In this document: piece after piece, positions 49,042-60,166 of the stretch
Numbering within the stretch: the first letter of the stretch is position 1
How the letters are laid out: each line of letters starts with the position of its first letter
Assembly (NCBI GenBank): GCA_048013815.1
Contig: CM106586.1
Coordinates: 4,154,001 to 4,218,000, forward strand
DNA: 64,000 bases
Direction: 5' to 3'
DNA from: Setoptus koraiensis
Taxonomy: Eukaryota > Animalia > Arthropoda
Notes under the pieces: generated by a model
Seen by the model: only the letters and a program-made list of their open reading frames with translations
Database searches by the model: none
Told to the model about the DNA's origin: nothing
Position numbers and translations under genes: made by a program

Positions 49042-49115
49042 AATAAATTATTGGCAAACTATTAATAAAACCTAATAATATCACTAGCTGTAATGTTGTC
49101 TTTTGAAACTTTCAT
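49042..49115 (+). terminator. Candidate ELAV polyadenylation region
   Basis: AATAAA at 49042 and 49064, followed by GU/U-rich GTAATGTTGTCTTTTG at ~49090-49105. Confidence 0.35.
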
Positions 49116-51868
49116 CACACACAATTGATTTCTTATTCTGGCCGCTCGCTCTCATTGGCGCCCTTTCATTGCTTGCCTTGTCTGTCTGTCTCGTTTTTAA
49201 TAGGATGCTTTTGAGTGGGGGCCATTATCCGCCGGCATCTGGTTAGCGCCACAATGGTTGAGCTATGAGTTATATCTCGCTGCACAGTTATGCCGGCAAT
49301 GGCCGGCCTCGCCGGCCATCATCAATCTAACAATCGCTCTTATCTCACTACTCTGCTTGTTTGCTCTGCCGGCTGTAAATGGGGCCGCATAGGGCCCCAG
49401 TGAGCCGCTGAATTGAGCCGCTGAATTGAGCCGCTGAATTGTGGCGCCGAATTGAGCCGCTGAATTGTGGCGCTGGATTGAGCCGAATTGCGAATTGGGG
49501 CCCCCGCCCGTCGGGGGCCTCGCTGGCTTCGGACCACTTAAAAAATTATCTCTCGTCGTGCGTGTGTGTGTGTGTGTGTGTGTGTGCGTTGCAATAAAAC
49601 CAATAAGCGACTTAAGTAGTGAGCTTGAGTGGCCGGTGAGAAAGAAAGTTTAAAGGATTATCGCGGGCCGGATGATGCATTCAACAGCCAGCCAGCCAGC
49701 CAACAATTGCGATTCTCATTGCAAACATTCGCTTGGCTTAACAATGGAGAGGCCAACGAGGGATGACGCAATTGCAACACTTGTTTGCGTTGCAATTGTC
49801 CGTTGTTACACACACACACACACACACCCAGACAGTGACTTATCACACGGGATCTCTCATACACACACACACACACACACACACGCACAATGTCTTAAGT
49901 GTATTTTGTGCATCTATCCAGACAAGATATGCCCCCCCCCACACACACACGAGACATTGGGGCCCCGCTCGGGCGCTCGCCTTTGCTCAACTGCAGCTCC
50001 GCTCAACTGCAGTTGGCCCCTTAATGGGTTTCGCGGCGGTAGCGCAAATAGATTTTATTGCGCGTGCCAAAGCCACCTAAAATGCCCTGGCGAGCATCCC
50101 AAATGACCTATATACGTTACATATACGCCACACGGTATTATACACGTTATATGGGATGGTAAATCTGGCAATAGTGTCAGGATTAAGGTGGCCCCATCAA
50201 AGCGCGCGCGTGTGCGTGCGTGTAACATATTGGCACCGGCGCCATTGATGATGGCGGCCCGCCACTGACCGACCGGCCGACTGACCGACCGGCCGACCAA
50301 TCGTACTTTGGTCATTTTATCAATGAGTCACCATTATACTATCGGGCGACCGTTATTATCTTCTATCGTCGCTCTTGTCCGCTAGTGTCCAGCACCAGCC
50401 AGCCAGCAACGAGTGCCGGTCGGCAGTGGCCGGCACTGCACGAGCTAGCACGCGCATGAATATATTACACACGTACAAACATTGCTGCTGACTTGATTCA
50501 ATTTATAATGCAATAATAGTCAGAATAATAACGGTTCAAACAGGGCGCATCTTTATTGTATACATTGTGCAGCGCTGGGCATTATCTTTTAAGTGACTCG
50601 AGAGTTGCGTCAAGCGACACTGGCTGGCCCGCCCGACAAGCCGAAAGCATTGATTAAATCAATGTGCCCCCACCTAACACAGATACAAGCTACGTGTTAC
50701 GTCACAGACGGTGTTGTTATTGCTATTATACCTGGCTACTAGCCAGTATACGGCCAGTATACGTCCAGTATATAGTATAGGCTGGCTGTGCGACCGGCGC
50801 TATTTTGCTGGCCACAATGGCCAGCCAAATCCAGCCAATCCATGGGTGAATAGTCGTAGATGGTCGTTCAATCAAATTGAGCAATTGCTAAAAAGAGTTA
50901 TTGCTCGACCATCTCGCAAACTATTGTGCGTTATTTGATTTGAGCCCGGGTCGACATTTCAATGTCGCGCGACAAGACCAGGTCAAGCCCAAAACCAGGT
51001 CAAGCCCAAAACCAGGTGAGAGAGAGAGAGAGAGAGAGAGCAGCTCGAAACCGGTCAGCCACAATCAGCACCAACGTGCAGGCTGCAGCCGAGATTGTCA
51101 CACAATCTCGGCCTCACATCGCACACCGACAACACGCCAGATCAAATACAAAAAAATATCCACGTTCGTGCGATCTAGCGAGAAATATCTGCGACGCAGT
51201 TATGAGCACCAGATGACAACAAACAAACAGAGCGGCCAACTAAAAAAACAGATCGTTGCTTACATTTCATTTGTTTTGTTTAGGCGGCGCATGGGAAGTG
51301 CCCGGGCGAGCAGTTTATTGAATACACAGTTTATTGCAGCGCCAAACAGGAAGTGCTTTTGGCGCTATTGTCGCGGCTCTATTTAGATTGGAAAATATAA
51401 GGAAAAAAAACAACAACCAACGGAACAAATGTAACTGTGCTGTCTGTTTGTGCTGCTCGTCTACTCGTCGTAATGAACGCCGGGCCGGCGGTGAGGCTCC
51501 TCCAGATACTTGTTTTGGCCATAGTTGTATGACGGGTATGGCTCAGGGCTACACGCCAACCACAACCGTACATACAAACCATACACACATGGGTGGCAAT
51601 GATCGGAAATAAAATAATGACATATTAGAAATTGAGCTCTGCAATCTTTAATTTAGTGCCCTTTGCTACCTACACACTCGACAACTCACCTGGGGGTCGG
51701 TTTGAAGTTGAGTCTCAGGTTCAGATTGTCCGGTGTGGGTATTTGTTGGCTGTGTGTTTGTATAAACAAAAACAAAAATACAATAGATACGCATGGCGAC
51801 GGGTGTAGAGATAAATTAGTGATTGTGGGCGATTGCGTCATGAGTTTAGTGCAAAGCTCATCGTAATC

Positions 51869-53524
51869 TTACTCAAGTTTGATGCACTTCTTAAATTGGC
51901 TGTTGCCTCGGATGGGAAAAACGTCTTCGGGTTTTATGCGCGACCTTATGTTTATCTCTAGTGGAAAGCCGTAACAAGGGGGCTCATAAGTGTAGGACGA
52001 GGAGTAACCATTTCGTCTGGTAAACAGTTTATTATTGGATTGTAGCATGTAATGATGACTGTCGCTGTTGTATTTGTCAATCATTGACTCAATGGGGTCC
52101 ACTTGTTTCACAACGAAAATCTCGCTGGAAGTGGAGGGCTGCAGCGGCAATTGCAGTTGTTGTTGGGGCTCGGTTGGGGCAAATTTAGCTGGATCCGTAT
52201 TTAGTTGTTGGCCAGTTTGTGGACGCGTCTGATGGCTGCCATTTTGTAGTTAGAAACCAAAAAACAAAAAAAAATATACAATTGATTAGTTAGTTATCGA
52301 TTGCGCCACGTAGTGGTCATGTTTGCGATACATTGCATTGGCCATCCATCGGCTACAATTTCGCCAATAGTTTGCCTCGTATAAACTTACTCTTGGGATT
52401 GTGATGGGTGATTCCTCGGAGGAGTGGGCTGGTAGGTCGGCTTGAAATTACCTGATGACGGTTGATTTCGAGACAACATAGACAACGGAATCAAATGCAA
52501 ATTTAGTTCATTGATTGTCCCGCAACAAAGATGAGTTTCTAAACTTATGCAGACCAGTGCAGCAGTGATTAGACATACCTGATTTTTGTGTTTTTCCCTT
52601 ATCTTAAAACGACAAACAACAACAACACGGCAAACAACAAACATCACATACAGCAATTACAGTTATCGTGACGCGGGTGACAACAACAATTGAGTTGGAC
52701 ATAAGTTGATATTGGTAAAGTCGAGCAAAATTAGTTCGAGTTAGTCAATGTTAATTAAGTTAATTTACCCTCGGTATTGATTATGTTTTAATAGGTCGGT
52801 TCACGCTAACATGTAATCGTGTTGGCCATTTTCCGACATTTTAGGAATATATGTGTGGTGATGATTGTGTGTTCAATGAGAGGTTCAAAAGGAGGTACTG
52901 ATCACGCAAATCTTGAGCAATTATCTTTTGAATTGAGCGTTTAACTACAAAACTTTTATGTACAAAATATTATTTGCTTGTTTGTTTGGCGCAACAATCG
53001 CTAAACGGAAGTTATGTTTATCTGGTATAAATGTGATGAGCATGATGATGGTCGCGATGATGTGAATTTGAAGTGAACATTTTACCAATATTGCTCAAAT
53101 CTTTCAAATTGTAATGTCTAATCAATACGGACGATTTATCATTTAGAACGTTCTTCTGTGCAAATTGTTTTATTAATTGTGCCAAATTGAACGCTCTCAT
53201 AATGAAATTATTCTCAACGACCTGGTTCTGTTGATTCTGTTGTTGTTGATTTTTTCTGGGTGATTTTGGTAATATCAAGTTCCACTTACCAGCTATTGAC
53301 GGTTGTGTGTTCTTTTTTGTATTGAGATTACCAAATAATATTCTCTTCAAAAGTGCCTTGAACAATTGATCCTTTTGTTGTGTTTCTGGTTCTGGTTTTT
53401 TGCATTCAACACCACTGTTTGGCCCAATGTTCAAGCTTAATATTATGGTAAATATTATCAAATTGATCAGTAGCAACGCCGAGCCTATTGTCCATCTTGT
53501 CTTACTTCTGCTTCTCTGATACAT
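51869..53524 (-). CDS. Uncharacterised signal-peptide/signal-anchor protein with a Cys-bounded C-terminal segment, 4-exon model (~296 aa)
   Basis: Exons 53524-53086 (G|GTAAAA; alternative donor G|GTAAGT at 53289), 52602-52579 (24-nt microexon, TTTTAAG| ... CAG|GTATGT), 52451-52391 (CATCAG| ... GA|GTAAGT) and 52235-51869 (poly-T tract, GGCAG|). All phases (1,1,2) join in frame. Hydrophobic N-terminus IGSALLLINLIIFTIILSL; C-terminus TRR-NGYSSSYTYEPPCYGFPLEINIRSRIKPEDVFPIRGNSQFKKCIKLE. Confidence 0.6.
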
Positions 53525-54421
53525 TGTGATTCTGATCGATGATGTGTGTAGTAGGACCTCGCAAACCTCGCTAGTACCGGTCTAACGCCGCTGCTATTCT
53601 TCTGAAAGATTTCTTCCGACTTTAAACTATTGTGCACTTGTTGTTGTTGCTGTTGTTGTGTTACTTTGGTTTTTCCGTGTAGACTAGTCCAGGAATTTGT
53701 GTTGTTGATCGCTGGAGTTTTTCCGTTGAACTGACCACTTTATTTCTCGCCCGCATTGTTTTTAATAGAATGATTCTACCAGCACACCATCAGACTACGC
53801 CAGTGCACACAGACATCAGGATAATTTTATCATGGGAATAATTAAGCTTTTTTGCTGTAGCCATTGCAAACACTAACCAAACATATCTATAAAGATAGTA
53901 CTAACTGTAGAACCAAGGGCCAATCATCCACCATCAACCAGGAAGAAGTGACTAGTCTCCGCTATACGAAATTCATCCACACCATCAAATACCGTCCGTT
54001 GTTGTTTCATTACGTAAGTAATTTTATTATTTTTCTTATAAACAATCCCTTCATACTGTTGTCATTTCACAAGCCCATACCTGTCCAGCTTTAACGGTGC
54101 AACAGTTGGCACTTTCACTTCGCTTTATCTCACTTTGATAATATTTCTCTCAGCAGACAGACTCTTGATTGAGTCGACCATCTAAGGTGCGCTTGATTTG
54201 TAGGTGAAGATGCGAAATCAAGTTGTCGCAGACAACGAACAAGATTATATGAAACTGTCACTCAGTTCACCTGTTCTTCAGTACATTCACTCATGAATAT
54301 GCATCTAATTGCCCGCTCATGACGATGCCGGTAATGATGCGGACAGATGAAGTTAGATGACAAGCTGACTCAAGAGCAGTTCTATGTTTAGCCTCGGGAC
54401 TAGATAGAGAGTTGAGTCGTG

Positions 54422-55507
54422 TCACTCCAGCCTTAACAACTGCAACATTCGCTTCTCGTCCAAGCCGGGCTCCACATTTTCACTAATTGACGTAGGTGGT
54501 ACTGTAGTAGTTGATTGGTGTTGTTGTTGATTAAAATGCTGCAATAGAGTGGACAGCATTTCCTGCTTGCTTCTATCCATTGTTGGTTGTAAAAATTTGT
54601 GCTTCCTAATTGATACATAACGCAAATCTTCACTATCGGCCGCACCCAATCTCTCATCGGGCTCCAATTTTAACAAACATTTGACTAGATCTTTAGCTTC
54701 CATATCGAACTCTGGGGGAAATTGAATATCTAATTCCATAATCTTTTTATAAATTAAATATTCGTTTACAGCGCTAAATGGTAACGCATTCGTCAACATT
54801 TGATATATGATGACACCTAATGCCCATAAATCTGACTTGTTCGAGGCGGAGCGACTTTTCAGCATCTCAGGCGACACGTATTGTGCCGTACCTACAAATG
54901 AGTTTTTCCTATCGGTTGTTGTTGCTTGTGGTGCCGGTGTGTCTCCGTTAGTATTATTGTCTGTTGTGCCAACTGGATAGACCTGGGCAGATCCAAAGTC
55001 CGTTATTAGTATATTCATTCTTTCGTCTAATAAAATATTTTCTGGCTTCAAATCTCTGTGGACAATACCTAGCTTGTGCATATGCTCTAAAGATTCAATG
55101 ATTTGCAATGTATACAAGCGAACGACATCCACGGGCAATAGATCTTGTCTAGTGATAATAGACAATAGTTCACCATTTTGCGCATAGGTCATTACAAAAT
55201 ATAATCGTTCACTATCCTGAAAGGTGCAATACAATTTCAAGAAATGTTCATTGGGATGGTCGTTGAGAATGTTCATTATTTGCTTCTCCCTCATAATTGC
55301 CAAATGTTTTCCCTGGCGTCTGATGTGCTGCTTCTGGCACACTTTGATGGCATATTTTCTGATGTTACTATCTGTTTTATCTACAATTGTTGTTTCCGTT
55401 GAAGGCTGGTTGGCGCTAATAGCCAGATAAACAGATGAAAAGGAACCTTCGCCGATAAGTTTTAGAAATTTATAATCAGTTGGGCACTTTTTCTTCATAC
55501 TAAGCAT
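54422..55507 (-). CDS. PDPK1: 3-phosphoinositide-dependent protein kinase 1; kinase domain only, no PH domain seen
   Basis: GEGSFS, YAIK, LYCTFQDSERLYF, HRDLKPENILL, DFGSA and NSFVGTAQYVSPE (PDK1 activation loop), plus the post-kinase EPGLDEK motif, then TGA. Single exon. Confidence 0.9.
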   Translation of the reverse strand: MLSMKKKCPTDYKFLKLIGEGSFSSVYLAISANQPSTETTIVDKTDSNIRKYAIKVCQKQHIRRQGKHLAIMREKQIMNILNDHPNEHFLKLYCTFQDSERLYFVMTYAQNGELLSIITRQDLLPVDVVRLYTLQIIESLEHMHKLGIVHRDLKPENILLDERMNILITDFGSAQVYPVGTTDNNTNGDTPAPQATTTDRKNSFVGTAQYVSPEMLKSRSASNKSDLWALGVIIYQMLTNALPFSAVNEYLIYKKIMELDIQFPPEFDMEAKDLVKCLLKLEPDERLGAADSEDLRYVSIRKHKFLQPTMDRSKQEMLSTLLQHFNQQQHQSTTTVPPTSISENVEPGLDEKRMLQLLRLE

Positions 55508-55533
55508 AATACAACGCTTTTATTAAATGTCTC

Positions 55534-55995
55534 TGTATAGTATAATGTGTATGATACAAGCTCGATGGATAGATATTTGCAATTGTTGCTACCTGAGCGT
55601 ATTGTTGTTGCCTTCCTCTATCTGTATCTTGGGGTTTATTTGTTCAAGGTAAACAAGTCATCAGAGGATAAATTTATAATAATATACGTCGATATATCGG
55701 ATGGCAGGACCAAGCGACCAAGGCACAAAAGCACCTCCGCAGCACAGCACCACAGAAAATCAGCTGAGAAAATGCACTGTGAAAGGCTGCGTAGCATCTG
55801 TGAAAACTCGGTTGTTCGGTCCTGCCACCCGATATATCGACGTTTATTATTATGAATTTATCCTCGGATCACTTGTTTACCTTGAATAAATAAGCCTGAA
55901 AATACAGGCAGAGGAAAGCAACAACAATACGCTTAGATAACAACAATTGCAAATATCTATCCATCGAGATTGTGTCATACGCATCATAATATACA
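55534..55995. repeat. Long imperfect inverted repeat (189-bp arms, 84-nt spacer) between the divergent PDPK1 and PPIL2 genes
   Basis: Arm 55534-55722 is the reverse complement of arm 55807-55995. Manual alignment shows no indels and 25 mismatches in 189 (~87% identity), 19 of them transitions. Confidence 0.93.
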
Positions 55996-56004
55996 TTAGA
56001 TATC

Positions 56005-57618
56005 ATGGGCAAAAAGAACAAGCATTCCAAGGATCAGCTCCATCTAACTGTTTCCGAGCTAGGATCTAGGCACGTGGGTCCAGATAAAGATTTGGAATTG
56101 TCTGTCAAGCATAGGCGCTTAAAATACTACTCATGTTGCCTCACTCTTAATCCTTTGGTGGATAAACCCCTTGGTTTGTGTGACAACGATGGATTTTGTT
56201 ACGTGTTCAATTCTGGCAAAGTTGTTGCTTTCTTAGAAAAGTTCCAAGTGCACCCAGTCACAGGAGAAAAGATACACAAATCAGACTTGATCGAACTTAA
56301 GTTCCACAAAAATAATGATGACAAATATCATTGTCCTGTTCTTTATAAGACGTTCAATGAAAATTCTAAAATAGCAGCTAATCGAAAAACCGGCCATGTT
56401 TATTTATACGAGGCGATACAACAGCTCAACTTAAAGACTAAGAATTTCAAAGATCTCATAACCGATGAACCATTTCAGAAGGACGACATAGTCTTGATTC
56501 AGGATCCTGAGAAAGCTGATTCCAAGTGGGACGCATCCAAATTTTATCATGTGACAAATCGATTGAAAATAGTCGACGATGACAATGGCAGCACAATTAG
56601 GAATCTCAATTATGAACTCAAGACTTCCTTAGATGCCTACAATAAGAATGCCGCCGATATAGCAAAAAATTTCTCTAGAATAGTCAATGGCGAGTCCACT
56701 TCTTCAAATGTTACTACTGCAACTCAGATGGACAAATTCAATACAGCAAATTATTCGGATGGGAATGTTAGTAGAGCTGTCACATCAACTATTGCGCCAG
56801 CAGCTACAAAAACTCAAGCAGCTGAACTCACAGAGGAACAAATAATCTACCCCAGAATAAAGAAAAAAGGCTATGCACAAATAGTGACTAATTTTGGACC
56901 TCTGAACATAGAACTTTACTGTGATAGGGTTCCCAAGACTTGCCATAATTTTTTTTTACTTGCCAGACGAGGCTATTACGATAACTGCATCTTTCATAGG
57001 CTAATAAAAAATTTTATCCTACAAGGAGGTGATCCGACAGGAACTGGATCTGGTGGTGAATCAGCTTGGGGTGGTACATTCAAGGACGAATGCCATGGAG
57101 ATCTCAAACATTCTGGTCGTGGAGTGTTGGCTATGGCTAACTCTGGACCGAATACCAATAAATCACAATTTTATATCACTATGAAAGGATCTTGGCCTCA
57201 CCTAGATGGAAAGCACACCGTCTTCGGGAGAGTTGTGGGAGGAATCGAAACATTGATCAAGATTGAGCAAGTTGAGGTAGACAAAAAGGATAGACCTAAA
57301 GAAGAGATTAAGATCTTGCAAGTATTAAGGTATGAGGATCCATTTGAAGTAGTTGAGGAACAGATAGCCAAAGAGCGTCAAGAACGACTGGAAAAAGAAA
57401 AGTTGGACAATGAAGAAAGAGAAGTCGAAGCGAAGCTTGCCCAAAGTAGTCAACCAAAAAAGAAGTTTCGTTCTGGTGTGGGAGCTTTCATCAATCTGGA
57501 GCTGCTGCACGGAAACTCATCGGGCGAGTCCGAGTCCTCCAAACCAGCCCCTATCAAGAATCAGAACGGAACTCCAAGCAGTTCGAGTAAGAACTTTGGG
57601 GATTTTTCATGCTGGTGA
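56005..57618 (+). CDS. PPIL2: RING/U-box E3 ligase and cyclophilin PPIL2 (Cyp60), intronless, 537 aa
   Basis: N-terminal U-box-type region (CCLTLNP, HPVTGE, KYHCPVLYK, DLITDEPF...IQDP). Cyclophilin domain FHRLIKNFILQGGDPTGTG...AMANSGPNTNKSQFYIT...LDGKHTVFGRV. Typical GVGAFI and FGDFSCW C-terminus. Confidence 0.95.
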   Translation: MGKKNKHSKDQLHLTVSELGSRHVGPDKDLELSVKHRRLKYYSCCLTLNPLVDKPLGLCDNDGFCYVFNSGKVVAFLEKFQVHPVTGEKIHKSDLIELKFHKNNDDKYHCPVLYKTFNENSKIAANRKTGHVYLYEAIQQLNLKTKNFKDLITDEPFQKDDIVLIQDPEKADSKWDASKFYHVTNRLKIVDDDNGSTIRNLNYELKTSLDAYNKNAADIAKNFSRIVNGESTSSNVTTATQMDKFNTANYSDGNVSRAVTSTIAPAATKTQAAELTEEQIIYPRIKKKGYAQIVTNFGPLNIELYCDRVPKTCHNFFLLARRGYYDNCIFHRLIKNFILQGGDPTGTGSGGESAWGGTFKDECHGDLKHSGRGVLAMANSGPNTNKSQFYITMKGSWPHLDGKHTVFGRVVGGIETLIKIEQVEVDKKDRPKEEIKILQVLRYEDPFEVVEEQIAKERQERLEKEKLDNEEREVEAKLAQSSQPKKKFRSGVGAFINLELLHGNSSGESESSKPAPIKNQNGTPSSSSKNFGDFSCW

Positions 57619-58188
57619 CCTCTCTACTGCACATCTTCATGTGCTATAATTTAATGGACAAATTAATGAAATAAATTTAAATAAATTGTGATCGTGCACC
57701 AGTGTAATACACACTTCGTGTCGAAGCCCCAGCACTTGGTGAAACTTTTCTCCGCATCATCAGTTCTACTTCTTGAGGGTATTATTTTTTGAAAGCTAAC
57801 TGGATACGACAATAAAGTTTTCAAGCTAGCACTTTTACCGTGTCACTATCGAGTATATATGGTTTTGGTAATGGGAAGAGCTGTTTATATTCATATGAAG
57901 GCCAAGAAGAGATTTAATAGCTGATGGGCAGCTTCACAACTGTTGGATTGGTGAGATTTGTATTGGCCTTTTTTTTAGAGACTCTCATAAACTCGAGCAC
58001 CATCTAAACAAGGCAGGGAGAGTATAAGTGAAATTGAGACTATACTGCGTATATTATCGGTGTATAAGTAAATGATTGATGAAATTTATTTTGGATATGT
58101 AAACAGAATGTTGATCTAATCTGTGTAAAGACTTATATGTTGTAGATTATTTTGCGGTGATAATAATTATTAATTCATTTATATTCTA

Positions 58189-58500
58189 TTATACATGGGC
58201 ATTTTTGTTGAGTGCCCTTTGTCTAGTTCTGATTTCGCGTTCCTTTTCGAATCTTCTATGATCGGAACGATCAAGAAAAGCTTGTTTATCTAGGTAACCA
58301 TCTTTAGATTTAGTGGCTTGCTTGAGTTCGTCTTCAAGACCTTCAGCTGATTTAGCTATTTTCCAATCTTGATTGGCTTGATCTAATATAGTGGGCTTCT
58401 TCTTTTTCTCGGTCGTATCTTTAAGCGTCTTTAACAGATCCAGTGGATTTAGTGGTGCTTTCTTGGTAGCGCTACTCGGTTGAGCCTTCTTCTCCATCAT
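58189..58500 (-). CDS. CFDP1: CFDP1/BCNT (Swc5/YETI) homolog consisting essentially of the BCNT-C domain, ~103 aa
   Basis: TILDQANQDWK...EGLEDELKQATKSKDGYLDKQAFLDRSDHRRFEKEREIR matches the BCNT-C signature. First ATG ATG at 58500. Confidence 0.85.
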   Translation of the reverse strand: MMEKKAQPSSATKKAPLNPLDLLKTLKDTTEKKKKPTILDQANQDWKIAKSAEGLEDELKQATKSKDGYLDKQAFLDRSDHRRFEKEREIRTRQRALNKNAHV

Positions 58501-58995
58501 TGGTGCTTGCCGATGTTGGTGCAAATAGTATTAATATTAATAATCGATTGCAAAGCCGACTGTTGCAAAGTTGATTGAATGTAATATTGATATTGATTGA
58601 ATAATAAGAGAAAAAATAATAATAAAAATAACAAAGTTGATATTCAATAACTGAAGAAAAGACGTCGGTCAAAACGTACAGATACAACAATGAGAATCAG
58701 AAGAAAGAACCGTCTGGACTCGTGACCAATTGGCGATTGCGTTTGATTGGCGTGCAATGAGCAGCGTGCATCGTGCATCACAAATGAAATAAATCGCAGT
58801 ATTTCGTTTCAAATATTGCGCCCAAATCCTAGACTTCACCTCATGATCCGACAAAGCTAGTGACCTTGATACAAGTGTATAAGTTTTTTTACAGTATTGT
58901 TGTTGTTGCACCTTTAATCTTAACCAACACAGCCAACAGATAATTAGATATTGTCATTATAAATTTTCAGTTTGTAATTATATTATAGCATCAAT

Positions 58996-60072
58996 ATGGC
59001 CAACGCAATCTTCTCCACCGTTGTACCACTGGGCAGGCGAGCCTCAAGACAGTTATTGCAACACAGATACGCCTCAACATTGACCTGCCGTGATGCTCTC
59101 AACAAGGCCATGGACGAGGAAATGAGTAGAGATGAGAGAGTTTTCCTTATTGGCGAAGAGGTTGCCATGTACGACGGAGCATACAAAGTGAGTAGGGGCC
59201 TGTGGAAGAAATACGGCGAAAAACGAGTGATAGATACACCAATTACAGAGGCTGGCTTCACAGGTATGGCCGTGGGAGCAGCCATGGCCGGACAGAGGCC
59301 TATATGCGAATTTATGACGTTCAACTTCGCTATGCAAGCCATAGACCATATAATAAATTCGGCCGCCAAAGAGTTCGCCATGTCGGCCGGCATGATATCA
59401 GTTCCAATTGTTTTTCGGGGCCCCAATGGAGCGGCGGCAGGCGTAGGGGCACAACACTCACAATGTTACGGTGCTTGGTACGCTCACTGTCCAGGCCTCA
59501 AGGTAATATCGCCCTACTCAGCCGAAGATTGCAAAGGTCTACTAAAGGCGGCCATTCGTGATCCGGATCCCGTTGTGTTCCTGGAGAACGAATTATTATA
59601 TGGCCAACAATTTGAAGTTAGTGACGAATGCCTAGAATCACCAGAGTTTGTCTTACCAATTGGAAAAGCTAAAATCGAAAGACCAGGCACACATTGTACT
59701 CTTGTGTCACATTCAAAAGGTGTTCAATTGTGCCTGGACGCCGCCAAAGAACTGGAATCTCAAGGTGTACAAGTAGAGGTTATAAATTTGCGCTCATTAA
59801 GACCGTTGGACATGGATACAGTGAAGCAATCATTGATGAAAACAAATCATCTAGTCACAGTGGAACAGGGCTGGCCAATTTGCGGTATAGGCGCAGAAAT
59901 ATCAGCTAGCATTTGCGAAAGCGAAGCGTTTGACTATTTAGATTCTCCAATAATCAGAGTTGCTGGAGCAGACGTTCCAATGCCATACGCCAAAACATTA
60001 GAACAAAACGCAATACCTCAAACACATGATATTGTTCAAGCAGTGAATAGGTCTCTAAATATCCAAAAATAA
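58996..60072 (+). CDS. PDHB: Pyruvate dehydrogenase E1 beta subunit, mitochondrial, intronless, 358 aa
   Basis: Arg-rich, acid-free presequence, then [45 protein letters not shown]...[15 protein letters not shown] and DVPMPYA. Confidence 0.97.
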   Translation: MANAIFSTVVPLGRRASRQLLQHRYASTLTCRDALNKAMDEEMSRDERVFLIGEEVAMYDGAYKVSRGLWKKYGEKRVIDTPITEAGFTGMAVGAAMAGQRPICEFMTFNFAMQAIDHIINSAAKEFAMSAGMISVPIVFRGPNGAAAGVGAQHSQCYGAWYAHCPGLKVISPYSAEDCKGLLKAAIRDPDPVVFLENELLYGQQFEVSDECLESPEFVLPIGKAKIERPGTHCTLVSHSKGVQLCLDAAKELESQGVQVEVINLRSLRPLDMDTVKQSLMKTNHLVTVEQGWPICGIGAEISASICESEAFDYLDSPIIRVAGADVPMPYAKTLEQNAIPQTHDIVQAVNRSLNIQK

Positions 60073-60166
60073 TCATTCAGAGTGATCATGGATCGTGTTA
60101 CAAATCATTAGCTTATTATAACTATGATTATCATTATTAATATTATTATTACAATTAGCTTGTTGT

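Noticed and set aside
53940-54090. PH-like words downstream of PDPK1 (KGLFIRKIIKLLT; QYEGIVYKK)
   Set aside because: The two resemblances come from the same DNA in different frames, are bounded by stops, and have no usable splice path. They are probably chance, although a decayed PH remnant cannot be excluded.
55547-55889. ORFs 55547-55855 and 55701-55889
   Set aside because: They lie inside the inverted repeat/promoter gap and have no recognisable homology.
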